Shown in pieces: positions 39,242 to 51,611 of a DNA stretch of 64,000 nucleotides (position 1 is its first letter; the number at the start of each line of letters is the position of its first letter). A program made the position numbers and the translations under genes. The notes beneath the pieces are model-generated. The model was not told where the DNA came from and ran no database searches. It worked only from the letters and a program-made list of their open reading frames with translations. Origin of the DNA: Phyllobates terribilis (lineage: Eukaryota); NCBI RefSeq assembly GCF_046119375.1, contig NW_027362771.1:293632001-293696000 (forward strand), given 5' to 3'.

Positions 39242-39699
39242 TTACTTGGGTTTTTTCAAAAATATGCAATGTAAAATATTCACCAAAAGCGTTTGGAGGG
39301 GAACATAGCCTCAAAGACAAGAGCTCGCTGATTGGCTGCAGTGCCATCAACATGACATCAGCAATGCAGACCACAACAAACACCAAGAGCAGCAGTGAGA
39401 ACTCCGTGCCGGACCTGGGGAGGGTGAGTAATGCATGGGGTTTTTTGTTTTTAAATAGAATACACCCAGCGATCAAAATTTTATGGTAAGGGACACCCCT
39501 TTAAACAATGGCATAATCCATCACTTAGATGTGTGACACCGATGGATACAGCATGTGCCAGCGATCAGGAGTAGCACAGCTGCCCATAGCAACGCAAAAT
39601 AACTTTCCAACAGGAACCAGAATAGCAGGATGGGTTACTAAGGGCAACCAGCCACTCTGCCCCTGGTGCCACACATGGCTGGCAGACGCCAGGGCTCAG

Positions 39700-40330
39700 G
39701 CGTATCATGCAGCATTTGGTGTGCCCAGCAGGGCAGTCACAGGCAGTGCCGCCATATGTGCAGCAGCAGCAGCAGAGCGCGGCTCGGCGGCGGGTACTCA
39801 CACAGCTCGGAGTAGCGGTGGGCTCCCCGGCACAGCTGCTGCAGGTACCTATGCAGGACATCGGTGAGCAGGTCGCAGGCGGTGACCTGCACGGAGTCCC
39901 AGCCCAGGGCTTGGCAGATCTGCGCCACAGACACCCGCAGCAGCGAGCGCGAGTAGCTCTCACACATCCCGGCTTATCCCGCGCCCATCACACGCGCAGG
40001 CGCCGCTCTCTCCGTTTTCCACCCGGTTATCCGCACGGCCCCTTCCGCGCTCTCGCCCGTGCAGCCATCTTGGCCTTCCCTCTTGTCGCTGCTTAGCACA
40101 GGCAGCAGTCCGTGCCAATCCATCCCCGAGCTGTTCGATCAGCAGCTTCCGGCCGCATCTGCTGCTCTGGCATCAGCCATTGCTCCCAGGAGGCGGCGTT
40201 ATAACGAGGCGGAGGACCATGGCCTTCACACTTGGGCTGCTGATCACCATTTTGCTCCAGGGCAAAATACCAGACATAGGAGGAAAGTGACAGAATCGGC
40301 TGCAAAATATCCGGAGCCGCCGGATTTCTA
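39700..40330 (-). promoter_or_regulatory. TAF3: TAF3 CpG-island promoter / 5' UTR region; boundaries approximate, TSS not determinable
   Basis: Local CpG and GC enrichment over exon 1, and a YY1-type CAAGATGGC on the minus strand at about 40064-40072. Confidence 0.7.
39802..39967 (-). CDS. TAF3: TAF3 coding exon 1 (histone-fold N-terminus), 166 nt
   Basis: MCESYSRSLLRVSVAQICQALGWDSVQVTACDLLTDVLHRYLQQLCRGAHRYSEL followed by T|gtgagt; nearly identical to the vertebrate TAF3 N-terminus. Confidence 0.98.
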
Positions 40331-40819
40331 CTGCTGAGACCCCCCATATTATCCCTTACCCCTCCAGAAAATATCACAATGGAAAATGAAGACAAATAGT
40401 AATCAGACAGGAGACCATTACAGCAGCTGTCATCAGACTCTACAATACGCAATGCATACATTAATAGAGCTTATACCGGATGGGACTGGTGTACTTGCTA
40501 TTAAAATCCAGAAATCCTTTCGCTCTTGATGGTTACATCCTGCTGCATCAGGTCAGTAGTGATAACGCTCTGCTACCCCCTTATATGCGGGATTCCCAGT
40601 CCGCTGTACACAGCCTGCCATAGACACCGAGTCTTCTTAGCGGGGTGCTTCAGTCTCCCTGTTCTCCCTATGCCCAGTATTGTGCCTGTCCACCATTACA
40701 CTTCTCTGTTTGCTCCTTGTCCACCTGGGTGTCACCCCAGAGGTTCTACACTGGGCACAAACCAGACATGGGGTTCTCCAGGACTGCGCCCTTCAAAAAA
40801 GATTTGCTCCCAATAAATA

Positions 40820-42583
40820 TTCTGATCTAATATTGTACATAGCAGGAGAAGAGGCCGCTGCTTCTGCTGTCCTCCATATCTAATCGAATGCTGGTGATAC
40901 CAGGGATGCTGAGATATGAAGAGGCTGCTCACACTGCTGTTCACCCTGTCTATCTGATCTAATACGGAAGATACCAGTGATGCTTGGGTAAGAAGAGGCT
41001 GCTCACACTGCTGTCCACCTTGAATATCTGATCTAATACTGAAGATAGCCCAAGTGCTGAGGTAAGAAGAGGCTGCTCACACTGCTGTCCACCCTGTCTA
41101 TATGATGTAATACTGGAGTTCAAATGAGTGCTGAGGTAAGAAGAGGCTGATCACACTGCTGTCCATACTGTCTATATAATGTAATACTATAGAGACCAGT
41201 GATGCTGAGGTAAAAAGAGGCTGCTCACACTGCTGTCCATACTGTCTATATAATGTAATACTATAGATACCAGTGATGCTGAGGTAACAAGTGGATGCTC
41301 ACACTGCTGCCCACCCTGTCTATATGATGTAATACTAGAGATCAAATGAGTGCTGAGGAAAGAAAAGGCTGCTCACACTGCTGTCCACATGATGTAATAC
41401 TGGAGATACCAGTGATGCTGAGGTAAGAATAGACTGATAACACTGCTGTCCACCCTGTATATATGATGTAATACTGGAGATCAAATGAATGCTGAGGTAA
41501 GAAGAGGCTGCTCACACTGCTGTCCACCCTGTCTATCTGATCTAATACTGGAGACACCAGTGATGCTGAGGTAAGAAGAGGCTGCTCACACTGCTGTCCA
41601 CACTGTCTATATGATGTAATACTGGAGATCAAATGAGTGCTGAGGTAAGAAGAGGCTGCTCACACTGCTGTCCACTCTGTCTATATAATGTAATACTATA
41701 GAGACCAGTGATGCTGAGGTAAGAAGAGGCTGCTCACACTGCTGCCCACCCTGTCTATATGATGTAATACTGGAGATCAAATGAATGCTGAGGTAAGAAG
41801 AGGCTGCTCACACTGCTGTCCACCCTGTCTATCTGATCTAATACTGGAGACACCAGTGATGCTGAGGTAAGAAGAGGCTGCTCACACTGCTGTCCACACT
41901 GTCTATATGATGTAATACTGGAGATCAAATGAGTGCTGAGGTAAGAAGAGGCTGCTCACACTGCTGTCCACTCTGTCTATATAATGTAATACTATAGAGA
42001 CCAGTGATGCTGAGGTAAGAAGAGGCTGCTCACACTGCTGCCCACCCTGTCTATATGATGTAATACTGGAGATCAAATCAGTGCTGAGGAAAGAAAAGGC
42101 TGCTCACACTGCTGTCCACATGATGTAATACTGGAGATACCAGTGATGCTGAGGTAAGAAGAGACTGCTAACACTGCTGTCCACCCTGAATATATGATGT
42201 AATACTGGAGATCAAATGAGTGCTGAGGTAAGAAGAGACTGCTAACACTGCTGTCCACCCTGAATATATGATGTAATACTGGAGATCAAATGAGTGCTGA
42301 GGTAAGAAGAGGCTGCTCACACTGCTATCCATCCTATCTGATCTAATACTGGAGACACCAGTGATGCTGAGGTAAGAAGAGGCTGCTCATACTGCTGTCT
42401 ACCCTGTCTATATGATGTAATACTGGAGATCAAATGCGTGCTGAGGTAAGAGGCTGCTCACACTGCTGTCCACCCTGTCTATATGATGTAATACTGGAGA
42501 TACTAGTGATGCTGAGGTAAGGAGAGACTGCTAACACTGCTGTCCACCGTGTCTATATGATGTAGTACTGGAGATACCAGGCG
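40820..42583 (+). repeat. 74-bp satellite, left array, with higher-order repeats
   Basis: GCTGAGG(T/A)AAGAA unit starts at 41352, 41417, 41491, 41565, 41639, 41713, 41787, 41861, 41935, 42009, 42083 and 42148; spacing is 74 bp, with one 65-bp variant. Confidence 0.95.
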
Positions 42584-43230
42584 TGTCACGGGTGTGCCAG
42601 ATGTGACAGACAGTCGCCCTGCAGTTGGTTGCGGAAGTTCTCTTCGTTTGGCATTACAGACACCTTCTTAGATCTGGCTCACTCTAGGACCCAGCGGCTA
42701 CCTCCCTCCTGCTAATTGACACCCAGGCCTCGGTGTTTAAATACTTTGTTTGCCACGGGGTGGTGCCGGTGATATTCACATGTTAGGCTATGGGTTGAAC
42801 TAGATGGACTTAGTCTTTCTTCAACCTTAAAACTATGTTACTATGTTACATGTTCCCTTGTGAAGGCTTGGAGCTACTGCAGTCTGTTTACTTCCTCTCA
42901 AGAGCTAGGAGGAGGTGTGGTGTAATCTCTCTGAAGTCGGCTCAAGCTAAGTTACTTTCCCCCGTGTTTGTCTCCCTTGTTGTCTTTAGTTGTTAGTGGG
43001 GACTGACTAGTGCTCATCCCCCTTCCCTATCCAGGGCCAAGCTCTAGGGAAATACAGGGTTTAGGTCCCTGTGCGGCATTTGGTGAGGAACCAATATAGG
43101 GACTATAGAGGAGACAGGGTGATATCAGATCAGCCTAGGAGGTCTCCAATTCCCCCTTTCCCTAGTATCTGGGCTCCCTTCCCCTCTTCCCTTCGTGTTG
43201 CACTTAGTCTTTCCCACACCTTGCGTGACA
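42584..43230. mobile_element. Solo LTR (647 bp; Gypsy- or ERV-like) inserted in the satellite
   Basis: TGTCACG...CGTGACA termini and a 5-bp TSD (AGGCG left, AGGAG right; the satellite empty site reads CCAGGAGTGCTG at about 43609). There is no internal coding region. Confidence 0.85.
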
Positions 43231-43890
43231 AGGAGTGCTGAAATAAGAAGAGGCTGCTCACACTGCCATCCATCCTGTCTATATGATCTAATACTGGAGA
43301 TACCAGGGATGCTGAGGTAAGAAGATGCTGCTCACACTGCTATCCATCATGTCTTTCTAATCTAATACTGGAGAGGCCAGGAAGGCTGAGGTAAGAAGAT
43401 GCTGCTCATACTGCTATCCATCCTGTCTGTCTGATCTAATACTGGAGATACAAGGGATGTTGAGGTAAGAAGATGCTGCTCACACTACTATCCATCATGT
43501 CTTTCTAATCTAATACTGGAGATACCAGGGATGCTGAGGTAAGAAGAGACTGATCGCACTGCAGTCCCCCATGTCTTTTTAATCTAATACTAGAGATGCC
43601 AGGAGTGCTGAGATAAGAAGAGGCTGCTCACACTGCTGTCCACCCTGTCTATCTGAACTAATACTGGAGATACCAGGATGCTGAGGAAAGAAGAGGCTGC
43701 TCACACTGCTGTACATCATGATTTTGTAATATAATACTGGAGACACCAGGGATGCTGAGGTAAGATGAGGCTGCTCACAATGCTGTCCATCATTTTTCTG
43801 ATCTAACACTGGATTTACCAGGGATGCTCAAATAAGAGGTTGTTCATATTACTATCCACCATGCTTTTCTGAACTAATACTCGAGATGCA
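43231..43890 (+). repeat. 74-bp satellite, right array (more diverged subtype)
   Basis: Same monomer, with mostly CCAGGGATGCTGAGG and CATCATGTCTTTCTAATC variants instead of the ATCAAATGAGT variant. Confidence 0.9.
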
Positions 43891-44589
43891 ATCATGGTTG
43901 CCAACCGTCCAAACAAAATTGTTGCACCTGTGATTTTTTTGAAGCTGGAGAAACTCGTAAAGCTATTTTGAGTTTCATCATTTTACAGTTAACAGTGAAT
44001 GCAGATAATGTCTTCCTATCAGAATTGTGGGCCATAGACATGTATTACTTATAATCTTATTGATTTATTATAGTTTTCTAATGTGTCCTTTAAAAAAGTT
44101 GGCTGTCTGTGATTTTTTGAGAAACTATCCAAAAAAGAAATTCAAGTTGGCAATCATGAATGCAATATATAAGAGGTCTCCAGCAACTCCAACAAAATGC
44201 TTCCTTGTGTCCGTGGTTTCAATGTCGCTCAGGGCTTCCCCTGATCACAGTCCTTGCAAGTTACAAAATATCTTGCAGGATAGCAAACATACCCATTATC
44301 ATTTCACTGACTGCATCAGGATGCTGCCCTATTTGGTTGCCAAGTTTAACCTTTGCCCAGCACAAACAGCATCACTATATAGTAAAGTATGAACAGTGCG
44401 CAAAACAGCCAAATGCACCATCACACGGTCATATATAATTTGGGAGTTATGAAGTATAAATTATACATTTTATGTGTAAAAATAGGAGACAATTGCAGCA
44501 TACGTGGAAAAAAGATGGCAGCCTCAAGTAGTTTTGTGTCCTCCATTAGATTTACATTATACATGCTCTCTCTCTATACTCCTCAACAT

Positions 44590-45000
44590 TGAAATTGCAA
44601 CAAGTAGAAAAAGTCATGGAATTATGGAAATCACAGGATCGATAGACATGTTAAGGATATGCAAATGATGAAAAAAATTAAACAATTTTAAAAGATTTAA
44701 ATTTATTCAGTATCTGATATGAGTGCCACCTGTAGAAATACACATATGCCTTGATTGCCATCAATTAATTTATTAATGGTTGTCTGAGGAATGTTCTGCT
44801 ACGGAGAATGCACTCGGGCTCGCAAATCATCAAGATCCACTGCTAGCAGCTCACTTTCCAATTGCTGTCCAGAGGTGCTCGATAGGAGACAGGTCTGGCA
44901 ATGCTAAAGACCATGTTAGTACGTGTAGGCCATGCCACGTTTAGACCAAGCCACGTGTTTTGAAAAACAGCTCCTGAGACACTTAGAAGAAATGGCCGTA
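44590..45000 (-). mobile_element. Decayed Tc1 3' end (transposase C-terminus plus TIR); boundaries approximate
   Basis: The minus strand reads LTWSLALPDLSPIEHLW...GGTHIRY*; the end matches the reverse complement of 46340-46380. Confidence 0.65.
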
Positions 45001-45277
45001 CCATTGTTCACCACCAAATTAATGTAAAAGTCAAGCTATAGGTAGGCTTACATACATTTTGCCACCCCACACCATAATCCTTAGAACAGGATAAGCGAGA
45101 TGTTTCCTCAAAAAGGCCTCTGCATGGCGTTGCTAATCTCTGGCTTATCATTATGTCAAAAAAAAAAGTTGAAGTCATCATTGAAGAGGACAGGCCTCCA
45201 TTCAATTTGCCCTCTGGAGACCACATAATATAGTGAAGAAGCCTTCACAAGGAAACATCACTATCGTCCAACTCTTA

Positions 45278-45890
45278 AGGCCCCGTCACACTTAGCGACG
45301 CTGCAACGATCCAGACAACGATACGACCTGTCAGGGATCGTTGCTGTGTCGCTTTGTGGTCGCTGGTGAGTTGTCAAACAGGCAGGCTCACCAACGATCA
45401 GGGGAGCAGCGACATCGTGGAAAGAATCTTTCCACGATGTCCTGCTCCTGGTTACGAGCCTGCTGAAGCAGGAGCAGGCTGGTAACTATGGTAAACATCG
45501 GGTTACTAGGGGCACACGCTCTCCTAGTAACCCGTTGTTTATCATGGTTACCACTCTGCTACAGTGAGCGGGAGGTTACCGCTCACTTTAGCAGGCTCGT
45601 AACCATGATAAACAACAGGTTACTAGGTGCGCGTGTGCCCCTAGTAACCCGATGTTTATCATGGTTACCAGCCTGATCGCTGCTCCCGCTGGTCACACAC
45701 AGCGATGTGTGCTGGCCAGCGGGAGGGCAACGACCAAAAAATGGTCCAGGACACTTTGCAGCGATCAGCGACCTCACAGCAGGGGCCTGATCGCTGCAAA
45801 GTGTCACACATAGCGACATCGCTGGTGAGGTCGCTGTTGCGTCACCAAAACCGTGACACAGCAGCGATCTTGCTATGTGAGACTGGGGCT
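45278..45890. mobile_element. PIF/Harbinger-like MITE with nested hairpins (copy 3 of 3)
   Basis: TTA|AGGCCCCGTCACAC ... GTGAGACTGGGGCT|TTA. Confidence 0.9.
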
Positions 45891-45939
45891 TTAGGATTAT
45901 GGTGTAGGGTTGCATAATGTAGTCAGACTCCTCTATTGT

Positions 45940-46390
45940 TCATTCCAAGTACACTAGCAGTTTGGCGTTACATTGATTTGGTCATGGAACCAGTGATGTT
46001 TTTTAATGTCCCAAGAGCCGTTTTTCAACACGACAATGTCAGGCCGTATGTTGCTGAAGTAACTGCAGTCTGCTTGGCCCAAAAGTACTACCATGGCCTG
46101 CAGCATCTCTTTACTTGTCTTCCATCAAACACATCTGAGACAATATTGGTTTGCAATTGAAAAGGGAGCAGCCAGCAGCAGATCTTGATGATTTCCATGT
46201 AAATATGCATTCAGTGTAGCAGAACACACCTCAGGCGACCATTACTAACCTCACTGATAGCAGCCAAGGAGTATAAGTTCTTACGTGATCCTTAATGAAA
46301 TCTCTTTTGAAAATGTTGCTTCCATTTTTTTTGTTTCCATCATTTGCATATCATGAACACGTCTATCGGTCCTGTGATTACAATACTTCT
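45940..46390 (+). mobile_element. Decayed Tc1 3' end, same family as 44590-45000, opposite orientation
   Basis: RYIDLVMEP...VFQHDNVRPY; the terminal TTGCATATC..AACACGTCTATCGGTCCTGTGATT is shared with the other copy. Confidence 0.65.
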
Positions 46391-47848
46391 ATGTCTAAGG
46401 GTGTATCACACCAGAAATGCTTTGATGGCCGAGGCACGCTGTCATCTTTTTAATAATGAAGTTTTGGGGATACTCCAGCCATGTTTTTATCTTCACCTTT
46501 GGATTTGAGTGTATTCACCAATAAAGGGCAGTTTTATCCGGTGAATCTGGACTCCTCCTTCTGCCATTTCTACTATGTACCGGCAAAGACGCCTTTCTGT
46601 GCTCCAGGACCATTTGAACATGGATTGCGGTGAGCTGGTTTTTCCTTTTCCTGTGTATGTACATAGTCTATAGACAGTGAGCTGCTCATCACAGAAGGGG
46701 GCGGAGTCAGACTTGCAAGCATCATGGCCAGCTAGTCACAGCAATGATAATCACCAGGTGAGTAAAGCTTCAGTATAAATAAACACAGCTGGACATGTGA
46801 TACATCGTTGAATTCACTGTTTTAACCCCTACATCATACGGTCCTCAGATTACATCGCAAAAACTCGCTGACAGATTCCCTTTAATGTGTCATTTTTGGG
46901 GATTGTAGGTAACGTGTGTGTGAATTACAGCCTTGTTTCCATAAGATGTGTAACTGCTATATTATAAGCGACTACGATATGGCCAACTAGTTTCAGCATA
47001 AAGTCCCATATAAAACAATATAGCGACTGTTTCTGTAGCTGTCCACACCAATAAATTATTCATACATAGCGACCATATGTCAGCAGTCTTTCTCTTTTAT
47101 GGAGTACAACACATACACATACATTCCCATGTCCATGTTTGTCCATTAAGTTTGTAGGTGGCTTTTTACATTTGATTTTACAGCACATAGATATAGATGA
47201 CTTTCACACAGCAGTATTTAGTTAGTAGATAAAAGATAAAATAATTATGCAGAATACATCCATGTGAACATGGCCTTACTATACCTGCATACAATGATAA
47301 ATACTGTCCGATAGGCTTTAAATAAACAGCCAATATGTCTTAAAATTAGGTCAAAGCTATGGCCCTTTTTAATTGGCCTCAGGCCATGTTTACACAGCAG
47401 GGGTTTGCATTTTTATTTGCAAGCCAAATCCATGAGTGGAAGCTGAGCACCGAAGGTGATATCTTTTTGGCAGCAACTGAAAAGATTGACGGTAATCTAT
47501 GATCCTAAGAAATGACTGCCTAGTACCATCATGTCTGATGTGAATTCAGAAACTGCACCTGGCTGGTATGAATGGGCCAACCTAAATTATAAATGCTCAA
47601 AAATAATACTAAAGCATCGCTCCAAGGCTAATGGAAGTGTGTACCATACTTCTTCAGAGTTAAGGTCTTCCTAAAATCTTTAGGAGGGGGCCTAGCTTTG
47701 CCAAACATCGCATGGACTGTTGCTGCTGTACATATATAATTTTACAAATGGTCCTATAGATTGATTTCCATCTCATGAATTGGGAGTATCACTGCCATCA
47801 CTGTATGATCTGTTATGTGCCCATGTGCATTTCATATCCACACACTCA

Positions 47849-48748
47849 GGCCGGTGTCACACGTCCGGATATTTTCGGTACCGGAAAAACCCGTACCGGA
47901 GATATCCGTGTCCACCTGTGTGGCACCCATGTGCCACATCAGGAGCACATGTACCAGCATTTAGCGCTGTTCCTAAGCGCCGGGTGCCGAACGCTGCCCT
48001 CATCATAGTCTCCTGCCGGCACTGCGATCAGCACCAACAGGGAATAATGATGAGTCGTGATCTGCTCCCAGTATCTCCACCTGTAAAAATAAGAATAAAA
48101 TAAAAAAATCCATATACTCACCTGTCCTAAGTGTCCCTTGCTGTAATCCATGCGAATGCTCAGCAGAGGAGTCGGGGAGAATGACTCATGCAGCGAGCGG
48201 GCCCCGAAGCTGCGCTCAGCGAGTGACAGGACACTGCTTGCTGCAGGAGTCATTCTCAGCGTGAGCAGTCGCATGGATTACAGCGGGGGACACTTAGGAT
48301 AGGTGAGTATATTGATTTTTTTATTTTATTCTTATTTTTAAAAGGTGGAAACACCGGGATCAGACTATTACAACTCTCAACATTGTTCCCTGCTGGTGCT
48401 GATCGCAGTGTCGGCAGGGGACTATTATGAGGGCAGCGGTCAGCACCCGGCACTTGGGAACAGCGCTAACTGTACTGCTGATTCCCAAACGCCAGTACGT
48501 GTCACATGGATGGCATCCAAGTGCGGCATGTGTTTACATGGACCCATTGACTTGAACGAGTCTGTGTGATCCGTGCTACCGGCTAAAAACGGACATGTCT
48601 ACGTGTCGAGCATACGGACACTCGGTCCGTGGAAACACACTGACATGTGAGCAGACCCATTCATTTGAATGGGTCTATGTGTGTCAGTGTCTCCGGTACA
48701 TGTGGAAATTGTCACATGTACCGGACACACTAACGTGTAAAAGAGACC
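47849..48748. mobile_element. PIF/Harbinger-like fold-back MITE
   Basis: Termini GGCCGGTGTCACACGT / ACGTGTAAAAGAGACC; long internal inverted arms at about 47950-48160 versus 48260-48480. Confidence 0.7.
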
Positions 48749-49394
48749 TTAGTCTGCATTGTGACACTTTCCTTATCAGGTTTGGCATGTGTTCCAGAAG
48801 TCAGACCCTAGTGATATGCCATCACTGTATGAAATAAGAATACCCTTGAAAGGGAATCTGTCAGCAGGATTTCACACCCCAAATTATGTAAATGTGCATG
48901 TCGCTCTTTCAAAGAGAAGTTCAGCAATACCATTACATGGCCAGTCCAATTCTTCATTACTGAGAAATCAGTGTTTGAATCGATATGCCATCTGTCACTC
49001 CAGATCTATTCCTTTCACAGCACTGCCTCCTCCTGTTTGACTGACAGCCTCTATGTTCTATGACTTCAGGCAAAGAAGCAGTCAGTCAAGCAAAAGGAGG
49101 CAGCGCTGGGCAGGGAATAGAGCTGGAGTGACCGAGGCCTCAGATCTAAAGCCCTATTTGCTTATCAATTCAAACACTGATTTCTCAGTAACAGAGGAAT
49201 GGACTGGCCATGTAACGATATTGCAGGACTTGTCTTTGAAAGAGCTACATGTGCATTTAAGTCGTTTGGGGGTGAAATTCTGCTGACAGATTCCCATCTC
49301 TTGATGTGAGGCTATAGGAGCAGCGTGTTCCTTATATTAACTGTAGATGATGACACTGAATTGAATAAAACGATACACTGCAGCACAGCCATAC

Positions 49395-49505
49395 AATCAT
49401 TCCAGGTAAGCAATTTATTGCAATATAATTTACAAATATTGGTTCTCTCCACAATAAATCAATCCCTTTAGACGCTGACATCCAGACACGCTGATGGTAC
49501 ATTAT
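49395..49505 (-). other. ATP5F1C: ATP5F1C terminal exon: A+TAA stop when the cassette exon is skipped, then 3' UTR; 3' end approximate
   Basis: Acceptor ttcttttttcgtctttcag|ATAATG gives CT+A TAA. The UTR contains ATATTTGTAAATTAT followed by AATAAA, as I recall for the mammalian ATP5F1C 3' UTR. Confidence 0.85.
49414..49419 (-). terminator. ATP5F1C: ATP5F1C polyadenylation signal AATAAA
   Basis: TTTATT on the + strand, about 85 nt after the terminal-exon acceptor. Confidence 0.75.
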
Positions 49506-51578
49506 CTGAAAGACGAAAAAAGAATTTTGGTTAAATATTTCATTACTTTAATAAACAGAATAAAAACAGTTACAATTAAAATATGGAGAGATGGCATTTG
49601 TAGCAAGGTAGAGACAAGCACATGTAGTAGGGCAGTTATGCCGAGCTGCTAAAATACAAACTATTGTTTTTCTCTAGAAATGTATGCCTATATAGATTGC
49701 TATTGAAATGCACAGATCCCAGTAATAACATTGGATGAAATCCTTTTAAGCCTTTTTTATACCACCAAGAGAATGACAGCTACACTATTTACAGAACAGG
49801 GACTAGCAGACGTGTTACGGTAGGATTTCTGCCAGCTAGGAGTGGCTCTAAGACATGGAAGATGGGAGTATTTCCATTATACCTTTCCCTGTTCCATCTG
49901 CACTTCTGTTTTTTGGGTTGTTTTTTTTTTTTTACCAGGAGTGAAAGTGCCCTTAAGAAAATGTTATAAAGCATCTTTCATGTTCAGCACTTTAGTCCCC
50001 CATCCACATTGAGCAGATACAGCAGGCCAGTTCTGTTGCCAGTTTCCCATACAGAATACGCCCCCAGCGAAGAACAAAACAGGGATCCTCAGAGTGATCT
50101 TTTGAAATTTTTTTTTTATCTCATGTGATCCCACTGGGAATCCCTGTTTCTCTGGGGCCAGATTCTGTTTTTTTTCCACCTGTTACACGGCTTTCTTATG
50201 GATTGGCCAGAGAAATGGTAAAAGCCCACTGAGAAAAATCTGATTGCCACCCTTGTGGTCCAAAAGGGACATTTCCATAAAAAACTTCATAAGCTAATAT
50301 ATGGGGAACCATTACAAAACAGAAAAAAAACATGTTACCCAGCACATCAGCCTCTAATCCAGGGTGGAGCCATCTAAAAATTAACTATTTTGTATGCAAA
50401 TGAGGGACCTTCAGTGAATCCCTGATACTCCTACAATTTGCATCCTAGCACAATGATATCTGGATTGACAGCACTCACGTGCACACTGCTTCCTCTTCGC
50501 AGCAGAGCTCACACAGCTATTGCTGGCTCTTTCCAGCAGTACAGTGTTGAGCTGTGGCCGCAGCCATCGATGAGAGCCAACATTGACTCTGTGCTGTGTC
50601 CATGCAGTGCCACTGATTGTCATATCTTGATTGACAGCACTGAACTCAATCAGCGGCTCTGTCACTGCACGGACCCTGCAGCCGCGCTCATAATATTATT
50701 GAAGAGGCATCTCTGGCGGCGGTCTGTAGCCGCCGCTTGGTACCTTACTGCAGACAGGAGCCAGCAATATCACTAAGCACACGCACGGCTGTAAACTTCA
50801 GGCAGTACTTGCTTGAGAGCTGTCGATCAAGATATGACAATTCTCAGTATGTGATCTAAGGGGGGCTATAGTGCACTGAGCCCTTGGTTACACCAAGGGT
50901 GCAAAAAAACTAAATCCTTTTTTATACTAACTGGACCACTAAAAGTTATACTACACGTATGATTTTCCCCTACATCCGTTTTAATTGATTGTTAGTATTT
51001 TGTGGGTGATAAAAGACTAAAGGGAGTCTAAGAGCTGGGAACAAGAATGATGTATAGGATAATACCGGTCTGTATACTAGGAGGACTGTCAGGAACAACC
51101 ATGGCAGGGCTGGTGTCCAACTATAGACCTCACCATATCAGCCACTGCAGAAATCCACAGCACAAAAGCACCTGGTGCTCGCAATGATTCAGAGGAGTGA
51201 TGCATCATATCATGGGATACCGGGGCTTCATGTAGTGCTATTTTCTGAATAACATGCAGCCATCTATACCTTTATAGGTGATGGACAGACACCTAGCGAT
51301 CAACTCAACATTATGAAAATGCTGATAACAGACAGAGGAGTTTGTAGTCTTATCATCATAGTTTGGCAATCCCTTTAAGTTGAGAGCATGATTCCAAAAT
51401 ATGACAGACCCTTTTTTTTTTTTTTTGCAAAGGATTTATGTAAATTAAACAATCAGCAATGTATACAGAAAAGGGTCCCTTGGAAAACAAAAAGAAGAAG
51501 AGCTCCCCCTAATCCCCTATGTCGCCAGTAAATTGCAACCAATCAATTATTACTAATGTCTTAGGAGGACATCATTAC

Positions 51579-51611
51579 CTGACAACAGTTCATGCTTGTA
51601 TTGTTCATCCC
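51579..51611 (-). CDS. ATP5F1C: ATP5F1C 33-nt cassette exon (exon 9 equivalent): G GGA TGA gives C-terminus ...AAALG*
   Basis: Acceptor tttatttctaacacttttaccag|GGGATGA and donor TGTCAG|gtaatg. Position and size parallel the 37-nt alternatively spliced mammalian exon 9. Confidence 0.72.

Noticed and set aside
39529-40096. Overlapping 112-132-aa ORFs around TAF3 exon 1
   Set aside because: They are antisense or alternative-frame shadows in a GC-rich CpG island where stop codons are scarce.
40820-43890. CRISPR-like appearance of regularly spaced repeats (also 26376-26588)
   Set aside because: This is eukaryotic DNA. The intervening sequences are homologous variants or poly-G rather than unique spacers, and there are no cas genes.
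51412-51611. Treating 51611 or 51578 as the start of the ATP5F1C terminal exon ending at the A15 tract
   Set aside because: There is no canonical poly(A) signal before the genomic A-run (an internal-priming risk), and a better terminal exon with a strong acceptor and AATAAA exists at 49505-49395.
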